Of a stretch of 64,000 nucleotides of DNA, positions 23,595 to 36,647 are shown piece after piece. Position 1 is the stretch's first letter. Every line of letters begins with the position of its first letter. The notes beneath the pieces were generated by a model. That model worked only from the letters and a program-made list of their open reading frames with translations. It was not told the origin of the DNA and did no database searches. The stretch is taken from the NCBI RefSeq assembly GCF_004010195.1, contig NC_057749.1, positions 25,765,044 through 25,829,043 of the forward strand, in the 5' to 3' direction. Source of the stretch: Chiloscyllium plagiosum. Taxonomy: Eukaryota. Both the position numbers and the translations under genes were made by a program.

Positions 23595-24107
23595 AGCGAG
23601 TTTTGAGAAAATTTGAAGCTCAGGTTGAGGTTCTGGATGTAGGTTTGCTCACTGAGCTGGAAGGTTCATTTCCAGACGTATCGTCACCCTGCTAGGTAAC
23701 GTCTTCAGTAAGCCTCTGGGCGAAGCACTGCTAATGATTCCTCTTTCTATTTATATGTTTGGGTTTCTTTGGGTTGGTGATGTCATTTCCTGTGGGGATG
23801 TCATTTCCTCTTCTTTTTCTTAGTGGGTGGCAGATGGGGGTCTAACTTGATGTGTTTATTGATAGAGTTCCAGTTGGAATGCCATGCTTCTAGGAATTCT
23901 TGTGTGTGTCTCTGTTTGGCTTGTCCTACGATGGATGTGTTCTCCCAGTCAAAGTGGTGTCCTTCCTTATTTGTATGTAAGGATACTAATGAGAGAGGGT
24001 CATGTCGTTTTGTGGCTAGTTGATGTTCATGTATCCTGGTGGCTCGTTTTCTGCCTGTTTGTCCAATGTAGTGTTTGTTACAGTTCTTGCAAGGTATTTT
24101 GTAAATG
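23595..24107 (-). mobile_element. Penelope-like element (GIY-YIG endonuclease fragment plus pLTR)
   Basis: Minus translation IYKIPCKNCNKHYIGQTGR..TRIHEH...HHFDWENTSI. 7-bp TSD TGTACCT (23588-94 / 24108-14). Hammerhead-like CTGAAGA-C-GTTACC..GGTGAC-GATACGTC at ~23673-23710. Confidence 0.9.
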
Positions 24108-25184
24108 TGTACCTGTTATTACAGCAGTTTATGAAGGAGAAATCAAACTTGACCTACAGAAGACTAAAATGTTCACAAAATTACAAATATCCTGACTAAC
24201 TGTAAAACTTGAAGTTTTAAAATGAGCTGGAAGCTCTGATTGAACAATCCAGTAAATACCAAGAAGATCTGAACCATTAGAAACAGCGTGAGGAACGAAA
24301 TCAGGGAGTGGCAAATCTGGAACAAAACCTGGCTGTAGTATTTCAGGATAAGCAAATACTGAAGTAGCAACTCCATGAAAGAAGAACTTAATGATGCAAA
24401 CAAGAACAACAAACAATAGTACTAATGACTGTGGAACTTAGCAGCATCTCCAGACAAGGTCACCATCATGAGATCTGGATGTAAAAGCCAATAACCTGTA
24501 TGTTGCAGAGATGCATAGGGTCACTTGTCATTTTAAGTAGGTAAACTTCCTTTAGGAAAGAAAGGGATGTTGAAAGAGGATCTAGCCTATAAGACAGTGA
24601 ATCTTTATAGACGCTTTGTGCTGTGTACATACAATGCTGTGAATCTGCCTGAAAAAGTAATGTGCTGTGAGTTTGTAAGCTGCACACATGGAAATTGGGA
24701 GGCTTGGGGTAGTGTCTGCTTCATAACATGTAATCATAGAATCATGCAGTACAGAAGAGGCCATTTGGCCCATCGAGCCTGCACTGACAATAGACTATTC
24801 CAAATCTACTCCAAATTCAGCACTTGGCCCAAAGTCTGTATATTATGACATTTCAAATACTTATCCACATACTTTATAAAGGTTTTGTTAGGTTTCCTGC
24901 CTCCACGACCCTCCCATGCAGTGCATCCCAGACCCACGCTTTTTCTTCAAATTGTAATGTGTTTCACTGTCTTAATAAACTAACCCACAGAGTTAATCAA
25001 TCCCTGATGAGCAATTAACCATTGTACCATTAATATGACCATAGCCATAGCAGGGTTTATGAATCTTTTTATGGCAGAGATAGATAGCAAGAGGGTGAAT
25101 GGTTATCAGGCTAGGTAGGAATGTGGAATAATCAGAGCGGCTATTGTCTTACTGAATGGTACAGTAGGCACAAGGGGCTGAGAA

Positions 25185-26530
25185 AGGAGTAGCCATGGGC
25201 ACCCGCATGGGCCCCAGCTATGCCTGCCTCTTCGTAGGATATGTGGAACAATCCATCTTCCACAACTATACTGGCCCCACCCCCCATCTTTTCCTCCGCA
25301 ACATTGATGATTGTATCGGTGCCGTCTCGTGCTCCCACGAGGAGGTTGAACAGTTCATCCACTTCACCAATACCTTCCACCCCGACCTAAAATTCACCTG
25401 GACAGACTCAGATTCCTCCCTCCCCTTCCTAGACCTCTCTATTTCTATCTCGGGTGACCGAATCAACACCGACATCTACTACAAACCGACCGACTCCCAC
25501 AGCTACCTGGACTACACCTCCTCCCATCCTGCCCCCTGTAAAAACGCCATCCCATTCTCCCAACTCCTTCGTCTCCGCCGCATCTGCTCCCAGGAGGACC
25601 AGTACAAAATACGTACAACACAGATGGCCCCCTTCTTCAAGGACCGCAATTTCCCCCCCGACGCGGTCGACGGTGCCCTCCACCGCACCTCCTCCACNNN
25701 NNNNNNNNNNNNNNNNNNNNNNNNNNNNNNNNNNNNNNNNNNNNNNNNNNNNNNNNNNNNNNNNNNNNNNNNNNNNNNNNNNNNNNNNNNNNNNNNNNNN
25801 NNNNNNNNNNNNNNNNNNNNNNNNNNNNNNNNNNNNNNNNNNNNNNNNNNNNNNNNNNNNNNNNNNNNNNNNNNNNNNNNNNNNNNNNNNNNNNNNNNNN
25901 NNNNNNNNNNNNNNNNNNNNNNNNNNNNNNNNNNNNNNNNNNNNNNNNNNNNNNNNNNNNNNNNNNNNNNNNNNNNNNNNNNNNNNNNNNNNNNNNNNNN
26001 NNNNNNNNNNNNNNNNNNNNNNNNNNNNNNNNNNNNNNNNNNNNNNNNNNNNNNNNNNNNNNNNNNNNNNNNNNNNNNNNNNNNNNNNNNNNNNNNNNNN
26101 NNNNNNNNNNNNNNNNNNNNNNNNNNNNNNNNNNNNNNNNNNNNNNNNNNNNNNNNNNNNNNNNNNNNNNNNNNNNNNNNNNNNNNNNNNNNNNNNNNNN
26201 NNNNNNNNNNNNNNNNNNNNNNNNNNNNNNNNNNNNNNNNNNNNNNNNNNNNNNNNNNNNNNNNNNNNNNNNNNNNNNNNNNNNNNNNNNNNNNNNNNNN
26301 NNNNNNNNNNNNNNTTCCACCTATCACATTTCCAACGCCCCTCCCCCAAGTCCCTCCTCCCTACCTTTTATCTTAGCATGCTGGACACACTTTCCTCATT
26401 CCTGATGAAGGGCTTCTGTCCGAAACGTCGATTCTCCTGTTCCTTGGATGCTGCCTGACCTGCTGTGCTTTACCAGCAACACATTTTCAGCTCTGATCTC
26501 CAGCATCTGCAGACCTCACTTTCTCCTCTC
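25185..26530 (+). mobile_element. Young Penelope-like element: RT fragment, assembly gap, pLTR with hammerhead
   Basis: GVAMGTRMGPSYACLF, FLRNIDD, LPFLD and YYKPTD..YLDYTSSHP RT motifs. Perfect 16-bp TSD CACAAGGGGCTGAGAA (25169-84 / 26531-46). N gap ~25698-26314. Confidence 0.95.
26402..26429 (+). ncRNA. Minimal hammerhead ribozyme motif in a Penelope pLTR
   Basis: CTGATGA-A-GGGC-TTCT-GTCC-GAAA-CGTC: conserved core boxes, stem II, and palindromic ACGT stem III ending in a GUC triplet. Confidence 0.75.
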
Positions 26531-26998
26531 CACAAGGGGCTGAGAAGCCTATTCCTGCTTCTACTTTGTAGTAATTTCAATATATTGTGACCTCCCAGCC
26601 CAGAGGCAGGAACACTACCATAGCACCACAAGGGTCCTGCTCCTGATTTAGAGGTATTTTCTAATCAGTCTGTTAAGATATGGTATTGCATACCTCGGGA
26701 GTCATTTGAACTTGCCTGGAGACCTCCTGGTTCAGAGGTAAGGACACAACCACTGCATGACAAGAACCCTGCTCCTAATTTGTAAGATTAATTTTTTTAT
26801 TTAAGTCTTTAAGAGTTGAGCTTGTAACCTTACCAAGGTAACCACTGATCAAAGCAACAAGATAAATCTCAATTCTTAATCAGTATTGACCTCGGAGCTC
26901 AGGATTACACCTTGAGTGGGGCCTTAACCAAGCTAAAGGGAAAGGTCTACATTAAAGAGTTGCACATTCAGAAAATTATGTCTTTTTTCTAGAAAAAG

Positions 26999-27640
26999 CA
27001 ATAGTGTAATAAGAAGGCAGTTGGCACACTGGTCTTTATTGGTCAGTGTATTGACTATAAGAGTTGGGAGGTCAAATTGCAGCTGTAAAGTTCATTAGTT
27101 AGGCCACATTTGGAATACTGTGTTCAATTCTGCTCTTCCTGCTATAGGAAAGATATTGTTAAACTTGAAAGGGTTCAGAAAAGAATTACATGGATGTTGC
27201 CAGGGTTGGAGGGTTTGAGCTATAGGGAGAAACTGAATAGGCTGGGGCTGTTTTCCCTGGAGCATCAGAGCCTGAGGGGTGACCTTAAAGAGGTTTATAA
27301 AATCATGAGGGGCATAGACAGGGTGAATAACCAAGGTCTTTTTCCCAGCATAGGCAAGTCCAAAACTAGAAGATATTGGTTTAAGGTGAGAGGGGAAAGA
27401 TTTAAAAGGGACCTAAGGGGTAACATTTAGGGTGATGCATGTACTGAACAAGTTGCCAGAGGAAGTGGTAGAGGCTGGTACAATTACAGCATTCAAAAAG
27501 ATGGATTTGTGAATAGGAAAGGTTTACAGAGGGATATGGGCCAAATGTTGTACCAAATGGGACTAGGTTAACCTGGTCAGCTTGGACAAGTTGGACCGAA
27601 GGGTCTGTTTCCTTGCTGTACAACTCTATGACTCTATGAT
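26999..27640 (+). mobile_element. HER1/CR1 LINE 3' fragment
   Basis: ORF 27110-27430 EYCVQF...LERVQKR...LFSLE..LRGDL; CTCTATGACTCTATGA tail. Confidence 0.92.
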
Positions 27641-27667
27641 TCATAGAGTTGGAAAATCAGGCTAAAA

Positions 27668-28185
27668 GAAGTTAAAAATCACACAACACCAGGTTATAGT
27701 CCAACAGGTTTAATTGGAAGCACTAGCAGTTGGAGCGCCGCTCCTTCATCAGGTAGTTATGGAGGACATTATTGTAAGACACAGAATTTATAGTATAGCA
27801 AAAGTTTAGAGTGTGATGTAACTAAAATTATACATTGAAAATTACCTTGATTGTCTGTTGAGTCTTTCATCTGTTCGAATACCATGATAGTTTCACTTCT
27901 TTCATATGTAAATCACAAAACTTATTTTTAATAGTTGCATTCTCAGGTTAACTGTAACAATTGGTGTTAGCTAGACAATATGTTGAAGGTGTTAGCCCCC
28001 TGTGTTCTCTGTCTGTGCCATAATGTTTAGACTGATTCTAATCTAAAAAGTGAGTTCACAGAGTCTTGCATGAATTCATTCAGTTTTTGAGCAAAGTACA
28101 ATGTAACTCTGCAAGGACTATAACCTGGTGTTGTGTGATTTTTAACTTTGTACACCCCAGTCCAACACCGGCATCTCCAAATCAT
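27668..28185. mobile_element. Penelope-like pLTR element (second family) with inverted end
   Basis: AAGTTAAAAATCACACAACACCAGGTTATAGTCC at the left and its reverse complement at 28115-28149. Hammerhead-like CTGATGAAGGAGCGGCGCTCC on the minus strand at ~27725-27753. Homologous to 58580-59257. Confidence 0.7.
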
Positions 28186-28779
28186 GGCTAAACGAATACA
28201 GTGCATAGGGCTGGAAGATCAATCACTCGACTGCCGCACTCTAAACCTTTCTCATAAATGTCTCATTGTTTCAATATAAGAGGTTCCATAAAACTTCCCA
28301 AAATAATAAAAGCACAATCTATTTCTGTCATTGGTTCTCAGTGGGATCTCTCTCTACTTTGCATCTGAAACAAACTGCTGAAAGATCAGCTTTAACCAAT
28401 GCAGTTTCTGCAGTTGCTTATGTAAAATTGATAACTGCTGCAGAATGAATATGTTTAAATAATCAAATTACTTTATCAGATTATCAGGAACCGGACTAAC
28501 TGGAAAATGTTCTCAATTCCAGTCAGTATGTCATATCAAGGAGGAAGGCTTATAAGGGACCTATTTGATTTTGCATCTAATCGTGTTTGTTTCTACGGTA
28601 ATGTGCCCATGAACAGGAAGGTCTGTAGGTTATTGAGTTAGCTGAATTTTTAGACGAAGACTAATATCCTCAATTTATAGATATGAATTTATTTATTTAT
28701 TTATCCAACTGTCTATTTATGTTTAAAATATGTTTATTGTATATTTATTTCTGTTATATTTATGTGTAACTTTATAATA

Positions 28780-30220
28780 TTTATAAACATGATCTGAAAG
28801 CTACAGAGGCATGGCTTCAAGATGACAAGGATTGGGTGCTGAATATTCAGGAATTTATGACCGTCAGGAAAAAATGGGAAGCCAGGTAAGGGTGGAGGAG
28901 CAGCACTTTTAATCAAGGATGGTATTGAAGCAATAGTTAGAGATTTCCTTGGTTTGGGAAATCAGGATGTAGAATCAGTTTGGGTGCCATGATGAATACG
29001 GGGGGGGGGGGGAAGGAGTCACTAGTAGGACTGTTCTAACAATGAGCACTATGTGGGGCAAAGAATATAAGAAGAAATATTGAGCATCTGTGGCAAACAA
29101 TCGTAGTAATCAATGTTAATCTAATCTAATTGGGAAAACAAACAGGTCGACATTAGTAGCCTGGATGAAGAGTTCATGGAATGCTTTTGAGTTTCTTAGC
29201 ACCGCATGTTTTGGAACCCATCAGAAAGCAGGTTATATTAGACTTGCTGGAATGTGATTGGATTGACTAATGACCATAGAGTTAAGCAACTCCAAGGTGG
29301 AAATGGCCACAAAATGTTTGAATTTTACATCCAGTTTCAGAGGGAGAAGCTTGGGTCTGAGGTTAGAATTTTAAAAGTAAATAAGAACAATTCTGTGGGC
29401 ACTATAGCTGAGTTAGTTGAAGTGAACTAGCATTCTAATTGTGTGATCGATCAGTAGAGACCCAGAGGCAGATTTTTCTAGGGATATTTCAGAATCCTCA
29501 GATGATACATGCATAGGAAGTGTTTAGAGGGATATTGGCTAAAGGCTAGCAAGTTGGACTGAAGATTCTATTCCATGCTGCACTTCTCTATGACTCTAAG
29601 TACATTCCTACTATAACAAAACTTCCTAAAGGCACAACCCACCATCTGTGGATAACTAAAAAAAGTTAATGAAAGCACCATACCTAAAGAAAAAGCATAC
29701 AACTGCACAAGAATGACTGGCAAGTCAGATGACTGGTCAGAACATGAAGAACAACAGAGAATGTCTAAAACAATTAATCAAGACAAAGAAACTAGAGAAT
29801 AAGAGGAAGCTAACTAAGAATGAGCAAAAGTTTCTACAGGTATTAAAAAGGGAAAGAGTAAGTGTATTGGTCCTCTACAGTGAGAACGGGGAATTAATAA
29901 AAGATAATAAGAAAAATGACATGAAATGAACATTCAATTAAAAACTGATCTTCAAGACTGAGGATACAAAAAAAAGCTTCCAGTGATATTGTAAATAGGA
30001 GGTGGAAAGGAGAGAGGGAGTTAGCAAAATTACAATCATGAAGGTAATGATACTAAGGAAACTAATGGAGCTGTGGGCTGACTGCTCTCCTATTCCAATG
30101 GACTTCATCAGTGTTAAAAGAAAAAGTGGATGAATTGGTGTTAATTTTCAAAAACCTACCAGTGTCAGAAAAAGTTACATTTAACTAGAAAGAAACAGAT
30201 ATAACCCTTCTAATCAAGAA
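28780..30220 (+). mobile_element. Old, decayed CR1-type LINE (endonuclease to RT start)
   Basis: AWLQDDKDWVLNI, GGGAALLIKD and DVESVW remnants; many stops. Confidence 0.7.
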
Positions 30221-30221
30221 A

Positions 30222-31070
30222 GAGTCATAGAGTCATATAGATGTACAGCACGGAAACAGACCCTTTGGTCCAACTCATCCATGCCAACCAGGTATCCCAA
30301 CCCAATCTAGTCCCACCTGCCAGCACCCGGCCCGTATCCCCCCAAACCTTTCCTAATCATGTACACATCCAGATGCCTTTTAAATGTTGCAATTGTACCA
30401 GCCTCTACCACATCCTCTGGCAGCTCATTCCATAGATGTACCACCCTCTACATGAAAAAGTTGCTCCTTAGGTCTCTTTCATATCTTTTTCCTCTCACCC
30501 TAAACCTCTGCCCTCTAGTTCTAGACTCCCCCACCCCAGGGAAAAGGCTTTGTCTATTTATCCTATCCATGCCCCTCATGATTTTATAAACCTCTATAAG
30601 GTTACCCCTCAGTCTCCAACACTCCAGGGAAAACAGCCCTAGCCTGTTCAGCCTCTCCCTACAGCTCAAATCCTCCAACCCTGGCAACGTCCTTGTAAAT
30701 CTTTTCTGAACCCTTTCAAGTTTCATAACATTCTTCCGATAGGAAGGAGACCAGAATTGCACGCAATATTCCAACAGTGGCCTAATCAATGTCCTGTACA
30801 GCTGCAACATGACCTCCCAACTCCTGTACTCAATACACTGACCAATAAAGGAAAGCAAACCAAACGCCTTCTTCACTATCCTATTTTCCTGCAACTCCAC
30901 TTTCAAGGAGCTATGAACCTGTGCTCTAAGGTTTCTTTGCTCAGCAATACTCCCGAGGACCTTACCATTAAGTGTATAAGTCTTGCTAAGATTTGCTTTC
31001 CCAAACTGCAGCACCTCGCATTTATCTAAATTAAACTCCATCTGCCACTTCTCAGCCCATTGGCCCATCA
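30222..31070 (-). mobile_element. HER1/CR1 LINE 3' fragment (young, open frame)
   Basis: ORF 30448-31104: WAEKWQMEFNLDKCEVLQFG...LYRTLIRPLLEYCVQFWSP...LERVQKRFTR. Confidence 0.95.
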
Positions 31071-31627
31071 AAGTGGGAGACAGAAAACAAGAAACCATAG
31101 GCAAGTTGGTATGGGGTCAATGAATTACCCAGGAGCTTGGGGAGCCTATACTTTTGTGTTTGATACACTATGGCCAATCAGAGTTGACTTGTCAACGACC
31201 AACACCCTTTTCTCCTGTGGTATAAATGGCTGAGATTCTTTGAAATTTAAGAATTCTTGCATTTGTCCTGATGGGCGAAGGTGAAATACTTTAACTCTCT
31301 TTTCAGAAATACTCAAGTTCAGTGTAGAATCATAGAATTTTACGGTACAGAAGGAAACCATTCAATCCACCATGTCTGTACCAGCTGTTGAAAGAGCTAC
31401 CCAGCTAGCCCCATTCTCCAGCCCTATTGATGTAGCCCTCTAAATTAATCACTTTCAAATATACATCCACTTCCCTTTTGAAACCTCCAACGGATTCCAT
31501 TTCTGCCATTCTGTAGGCAGCGCATTCCAAATCCTAGCAACTCTCTGAGTGAAGGGGTTTCCTCTCATTTCACTCGTAGCTGTTTTGCTGACAATCTTGT
31601 GACCCTCTAGTTACTGATAATACAAAA

Positions 31628-31940
31628 GAATCCCTACACTGTGTGAAACAGGCCCTGCAGTCTAACAAGTCAACATGGACCCGCTGAAGACTATCCCACC
31701 CAAACCTATTCCTCATTACACTACATTTACGCCAGACTAATGCATCAAACCTACACATCCTTGAACACAATTGACAATTTAGCATGGCCAATTCACCAAA
31801 ACTGGACATCTTTGGATTGTGGGAGAAACCCGCACAGACAAGGGAAGAATGTGCAAATATCACGCAGACCATCACCTGAGACTGGAATCGAACCCAAACT
31901 GTGAGGCAGCAGTGCTAACCACTGATCCACTGTGCCACCC
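31628..31940 (-). mobile_element. HE1-type SINE (diverged)
   Basis: Matches the HE1 head, core and tail of the other copies. Confidence 0.82.
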
Positions 31941-32239
31941 CTAAACAACTGGTGGAAACAGAATATCCAAATACTTCCAAGGAACCTTAAACACTATACA
32001 CCATTCCCCTTTACAACACAGAGATAATTCATTTAGCCCAACATGTCCATTCTGGTGTTTATGTTCTTACAGACCTATTTCATCAACCTCTTTGATGAAT
32101 ATATTTCTCCTGAAATCTTCATGGGATTTTTCATATCAAAGTCACCCCTACTCCCCAGAGGGCCACAGAACCGCTCTTTCATGAAAAAGAAGTGACTGGT
32201 GATGAGTTTAACCTGAAGGTTACTGTGCCTCAGGCAAAA

Positions 32240-32530
32240 ACAAAGAACAAAGAAAATTACAGCACAGGAACAGGCCCTTTGGCCCACCAAGCCTGCACCG
32301 ATCCCGATCCTCTGTCTAAACCTGTCACCTATTTCCTAAGGATCTGTATCCCTCTGCTCCCTGCCCATTCATATATCTGTCTAGATGCATCTTAAATGAT
32401 GCTATCATGCCCGTCTCTACCACCTCCACTGGCAACGAGTTCCAGTCACCCACCACTCTCTCTGTCAAGAACTTTTCATGCATATCTCTCTTAAATTTTT
32501 CCCCTCTCACTTGAACTCGTGACTTTCCTA
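32240..32530 (-). mobile_element. CR1-type LINE 3' end (different subfamily)
   Basis: ORF 32325-32603 FLTERVVGDWNSLP..VVE...FKMHLD; TTCTTTG repeat tail. Confidence 0.85.
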
Positions 32531-32999
32531 GTATAAGAATTGGACCAGTGATGTTGCTTTGTACTCTGCATTGTAAACCAGTCCAGCCAAATGAACTAAC
32601 CAAACCTCAGGATTTATTAAAGGGTCAATGAGACGTCATATTTTTCGTGTACATAGAAACTCGGGAGTAGAGGAGCAAAAGAAAAGGATGCTCAGGTTTC
32701 TGAGATTTTGAGCTTAGTTCCCTACTTGTGGTAAGAGAGTTACTCAGGGCAAACAACATCACAATACATCACCTGAAGTTCTACTTGCTTCAATCTTTAT
32801 CTGGCATCACTCTCAGTTCCAAACCAGAAAGTTGGAATTCATAACGAGAGGCAAACCATCAAGAGCATTCCGTGATCAATTATCTAAAGAAAAGGAGCAA
32901 ACCTCCACATAGTCTAATGGTCTACCTCAACAGCTGCTGGAAATTCAGCCTTTCCAATGCTGAAACTGTTCCACACCATTGAAAATGCTGACTTTCAAA

Positions 33000-33260
33000 T
33001 AAGACATGAAACTGAAGCTGGTGTGTGACCTCTCGGACAGATGTAAAAGGTCTCATTGCATTAGTTCAAATATGATCAGGAGAGTTATCACCAATTCTTA
33101 TCTTTCAACCACAGTAAACAAATTTATCTGGCCACGATCACATTGCTGTTCGTGGGAGTATGTTGTACGTAAATAGATGGCTGTATTTCCTTTTACAACA
33201 ATGTCTACATTTAAAAGGATATTTCATTGGTTGCAAGGTGATTGGCAAGTCCAGAAGAGA
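33000..33260 (+). mobile_element. Old Deu-domain SINE fragment
   Basis: TTATCTGG..ATCACATTGCTGTTCGTGGGA..TTCATTGGTTG pattern; related copies at ~9.4-9.6 kb and ~62.55 kb. Confidence 0.55.
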
Positions 33261-34854
33261 AATGACTGGTGGTGAGTTTAACCTGAAGGTTAACTGTGCC
33301 TCAAGAACGAAGAACAAAGAAAATTGCAAAGCAAGTCTTTTTGTTGTTTCTCATTAATGAATGTATTGATTGGAATCATTTTACAATGTAGTAGAAAGCT
33401 GAATTTTGAGATATTGTAAAAGACATAGACTCAGCCAGTAATTCTATTCATAAAAGTAGTGGTGGCCCTTCAGCAGACAAGAGAAAGACAGTAATAAATG
33501 AACTAACCAACCCTCAGGATTTATTAAAGGGTCAATGAGACATGTAACATTTTTCGTGCACGTAGAAACTTGGGAGCAGAGGAGCAAAAGAAAAGGATGC
33601 TCAGGTTTCTGAGATTTTGAGCCCAGTTCCCTACTTGTGGCAAGAGAGTTACTCAGGGCAAACAACATCTCAATACATCACCTGAAGTCCTATTTGCTTT
33701 AATCTGTATCTGCTGAATGATCTGGTTTTACGCTATTGTACAAACTCCAAAGTTTCCTCCATGTGGCTGTGAGAATTCTAAAATCATATTAAACTTGGAA
33801 CCATATTGGCATTCCATCACTGTTACTTGGTCAAGTTCCTGGGACTCCCTGCCTAACAGCGTGGTGGGTGTACCCACACCCTAAGAAATGCAGCTGCAGA
33901 AAAAGGCAACTCACCGCCACCTTCTCTGGTGTAAGTAAGGGTGAACGGCAAACATTGGCCCAGCAAACGACGCCCAAAAACAAGTTCATTCAAAATGAGT
34001 AAAGTGATCATTGGACAAGTCACAGTATGAATCTAAAAAAAAAGTTCAGAATTCTTCAGGTTGCCATCTGTTTCACTGTGACTCTGGCATTGAAGGTTTA
34101 TTCTCTATCCAACACTACCATCCATTTCTGTTCTTGAGCTTTAACGGAACGCATGCTTCACAATTGGGATGACTAATAGAGTTGTGACTGGATTTCATTT
34201 GTTGAATGAGATTATCTCTTGGCTCCAAACTGTCTGAACCCAAGTTACTCTGCAATCCAGTAACTCCACGTTGCGTCACAGATTTTCCATACGTGCCTGT
34301 TTGCTCTTGTGTGGGCAAATAATGTCAAGCGCAAAAGAATCAGTCAAGACCGCATGCTGAGATGTGAGCCTGAGAAAAGCAGATACAGTCCACTCGAGGG
34401 TCAAAAGGTCAAGCAAATCCAACAGCAAAAGTCATGTTCTAATGTATTGATAGACCCAAGCTGATGTAATATTAAATAAACAGTCGTATTTCATTTAAAG
34501 ACTATTATTTACTCCAAATTCATAGTTGAGATGGTTTAGAGAGTCCTCAGTGGGTTAGCCCAAGGCCAGTTCATAGTTTCTTCATTTGGAATCCAACCCC
34601 TGTTCAGAAAGTTGCTTGCATTTGAGTTCTTGTGTGGAGAGAAAGTTAATTAAAAATTATCAGAGTTTGTGAATCTACTTCTACACATTTGGATTTAAAA
34701 GACTTGTCTGTATGGGTAGTAGTGGGTCAAAGGTCAAACTTATTTCTTTGCAAACCATGCTCCTCATCCATGCTCATGATATACATGTTCTCTTGAGCAT
34801 ATCTTGAGAGGATCGGCAAGAAAATAAATATTGGTTAAGTATTGAGATGGCACC

Positions 34855-35081
34855 TGAAATAAGCCCACAAAGGCAGGTATCCCATCACCAAGTCACTGTA
34901 TTCATACATGCATTGTACTCATCTACACTGATCCAGCTAGCTCAGGGCTGGCTCCTAGAGTGAGTAGAACCTCTCTTTATATTGTCAGCCAGGACTCTCT
35001 AGTTGGACCAGGCTAACAGCTCCATTCAGGGAACTCATATCCTATGAGATCTACCTGGCCGACCTCATACCAATCACTACG
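34855..35081 (-). mobile_element. Uninterrupted solo LTR (227 bp) of the family invaded at 16.3 kb and 44.1 kb
   Basis: TGAAATAA...GGTATCCCATCACCAAGT...GTCAGCCAGG...CCAATCACTAC. Flanks GCACC / GTGCC are consistent with a 5-bp TSD GCGCC decayed at the CpG. Confidence 0.8.
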
Positions 35082-35509
35082 GTGCCTTCCATTGAACTAG
35101 CTGCAAAACATATGAGGGTGGATTTAAGAACCCCAGGCTAATGCTTTGGGGACATGGATTCAAATCCCACCATGTCAGATTGTGAAAATTTGACTTAACA
35201 AATTTTGGAATTAAAAGCTAGCCTAATGGCAGCCACAGAAGCATTGTGGAAGAGTTGGGACAAAATGCCATATTGTTTAGCAATAACCTCACCGAGATAT
35301 AATAGATCTCAAGGAAAATGAGGATCATACATAAGAGGGTGTCTTCTGCTGTGAGTCATTTGCAGATCAGGGTGGAATGTTTGTTCAACTCGAATGGCCA
35401 ATGCATTTTAGCTTGTCACAAGAGAGAAATGTCCTGTATTCTCATGAGTTACTGTTCATTAGAGTTGTACACACAGATCTTTTAGATGATTGTGTAGACA
35501 AGAGAAAAA

Positions 35510-35826
35510 TCATAGAATTCAGCCCATCGAATCCACAATGACCCTCTGAAGAGCACCACACCCAGACCCTCTACATCTCTATATCCACATTTCCCATGGC
35601 TAATCCACCTAGTTGGCACATCGCTAAATGGAGTGGGTAATTTAGAATGGCCAATCCACCTAACCAGCACATCTTTGGACTGTGGGGGGAAACTGGAGAA
35701 CCTGGAGCAAACCCACACAGACATGAAGAGAATGTGCAAACTCCACACAGTCACTTGAGGGTGGAATCAAACCCAGGTCCCTGGCGCTGTGAGGCAGCAG
35801 TGCTAACTACTGAGCCACCAAGCTGC
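35510..35826 (-). mobile_element. HE1-type SINE (diverged)
   Basis: HE1 head and core. Confidence 0.82.
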
Positions 35827-36647
35827 CTGCTCATATTGCAGGCAGCTTAATGCACCATAGTTTTGCCTAAGAGCTTTTAGGGACACTCATTTCAGGATGC
35901 AGAACCCCTTCCATTCCCATAATAGTGTAGATCTGCAGAATTTTGATTTGATGGGATAACTTTTAGTTTGAATTTGCTCACAGTGTTGGCATTGCCAGGG
36001 GATGCAGTGAAATTATGATGATGAAATATAGGCTTGGTGGGAGAACGTCACAGTGGATGAAATTGAGAAATCCAGATTCACAAAGAGTGATTACCTCATT
36101 AGAAGTTTCAAATGCCATTTAATTCCCAGTTAAATCTTGAAACTCATCATCTGTGTTCATTTTTCTATTAACAACAAGGAGAAGGTTTGTTTTCTCCAAC
36201 TTTTTAAAATTTATTCACAGGATGTGGGCATTCTTGGCTGGACCAGCATTTATTGGCAATCCCTAATTGCCAGAGGGCAGATAAGAGCCTAGAGTCATAT
36301 GGAGATCAGACCGGGTAGGAATAGCAGAATTCCTTAGTTAAAGGACATTAGTGAACGAGGGTTGGGTTTTTCTTGACAATCAGCAACAGTCTTATACACT
36401 CACCATTCGACTCATCATTCATATTTCTTTTTACTTGGACTCAAGTTCCACCCCCTGCTAAGATAGGTTTCCCAGAACATTAGCTGGGGTTTTGGATTCA
36501 TAGTCTAGTGATAATACCTCCCTCCAATACAATGTCTTTAGTTGATCTATTTTAAAATTTATTCCTTAATAAGTTGTAAACACCATTAGCTGGGCCATCT
36601 TTTAATATCCTGGAGAAGGTGGTCATGAGCTGCCTTTTTTAAAATAT

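Noticed and set aside
25195..26458. Long ORFs of 227-393 aa
   Set aside because: Their length comes from the N gap; only the Penelope RT part is real.
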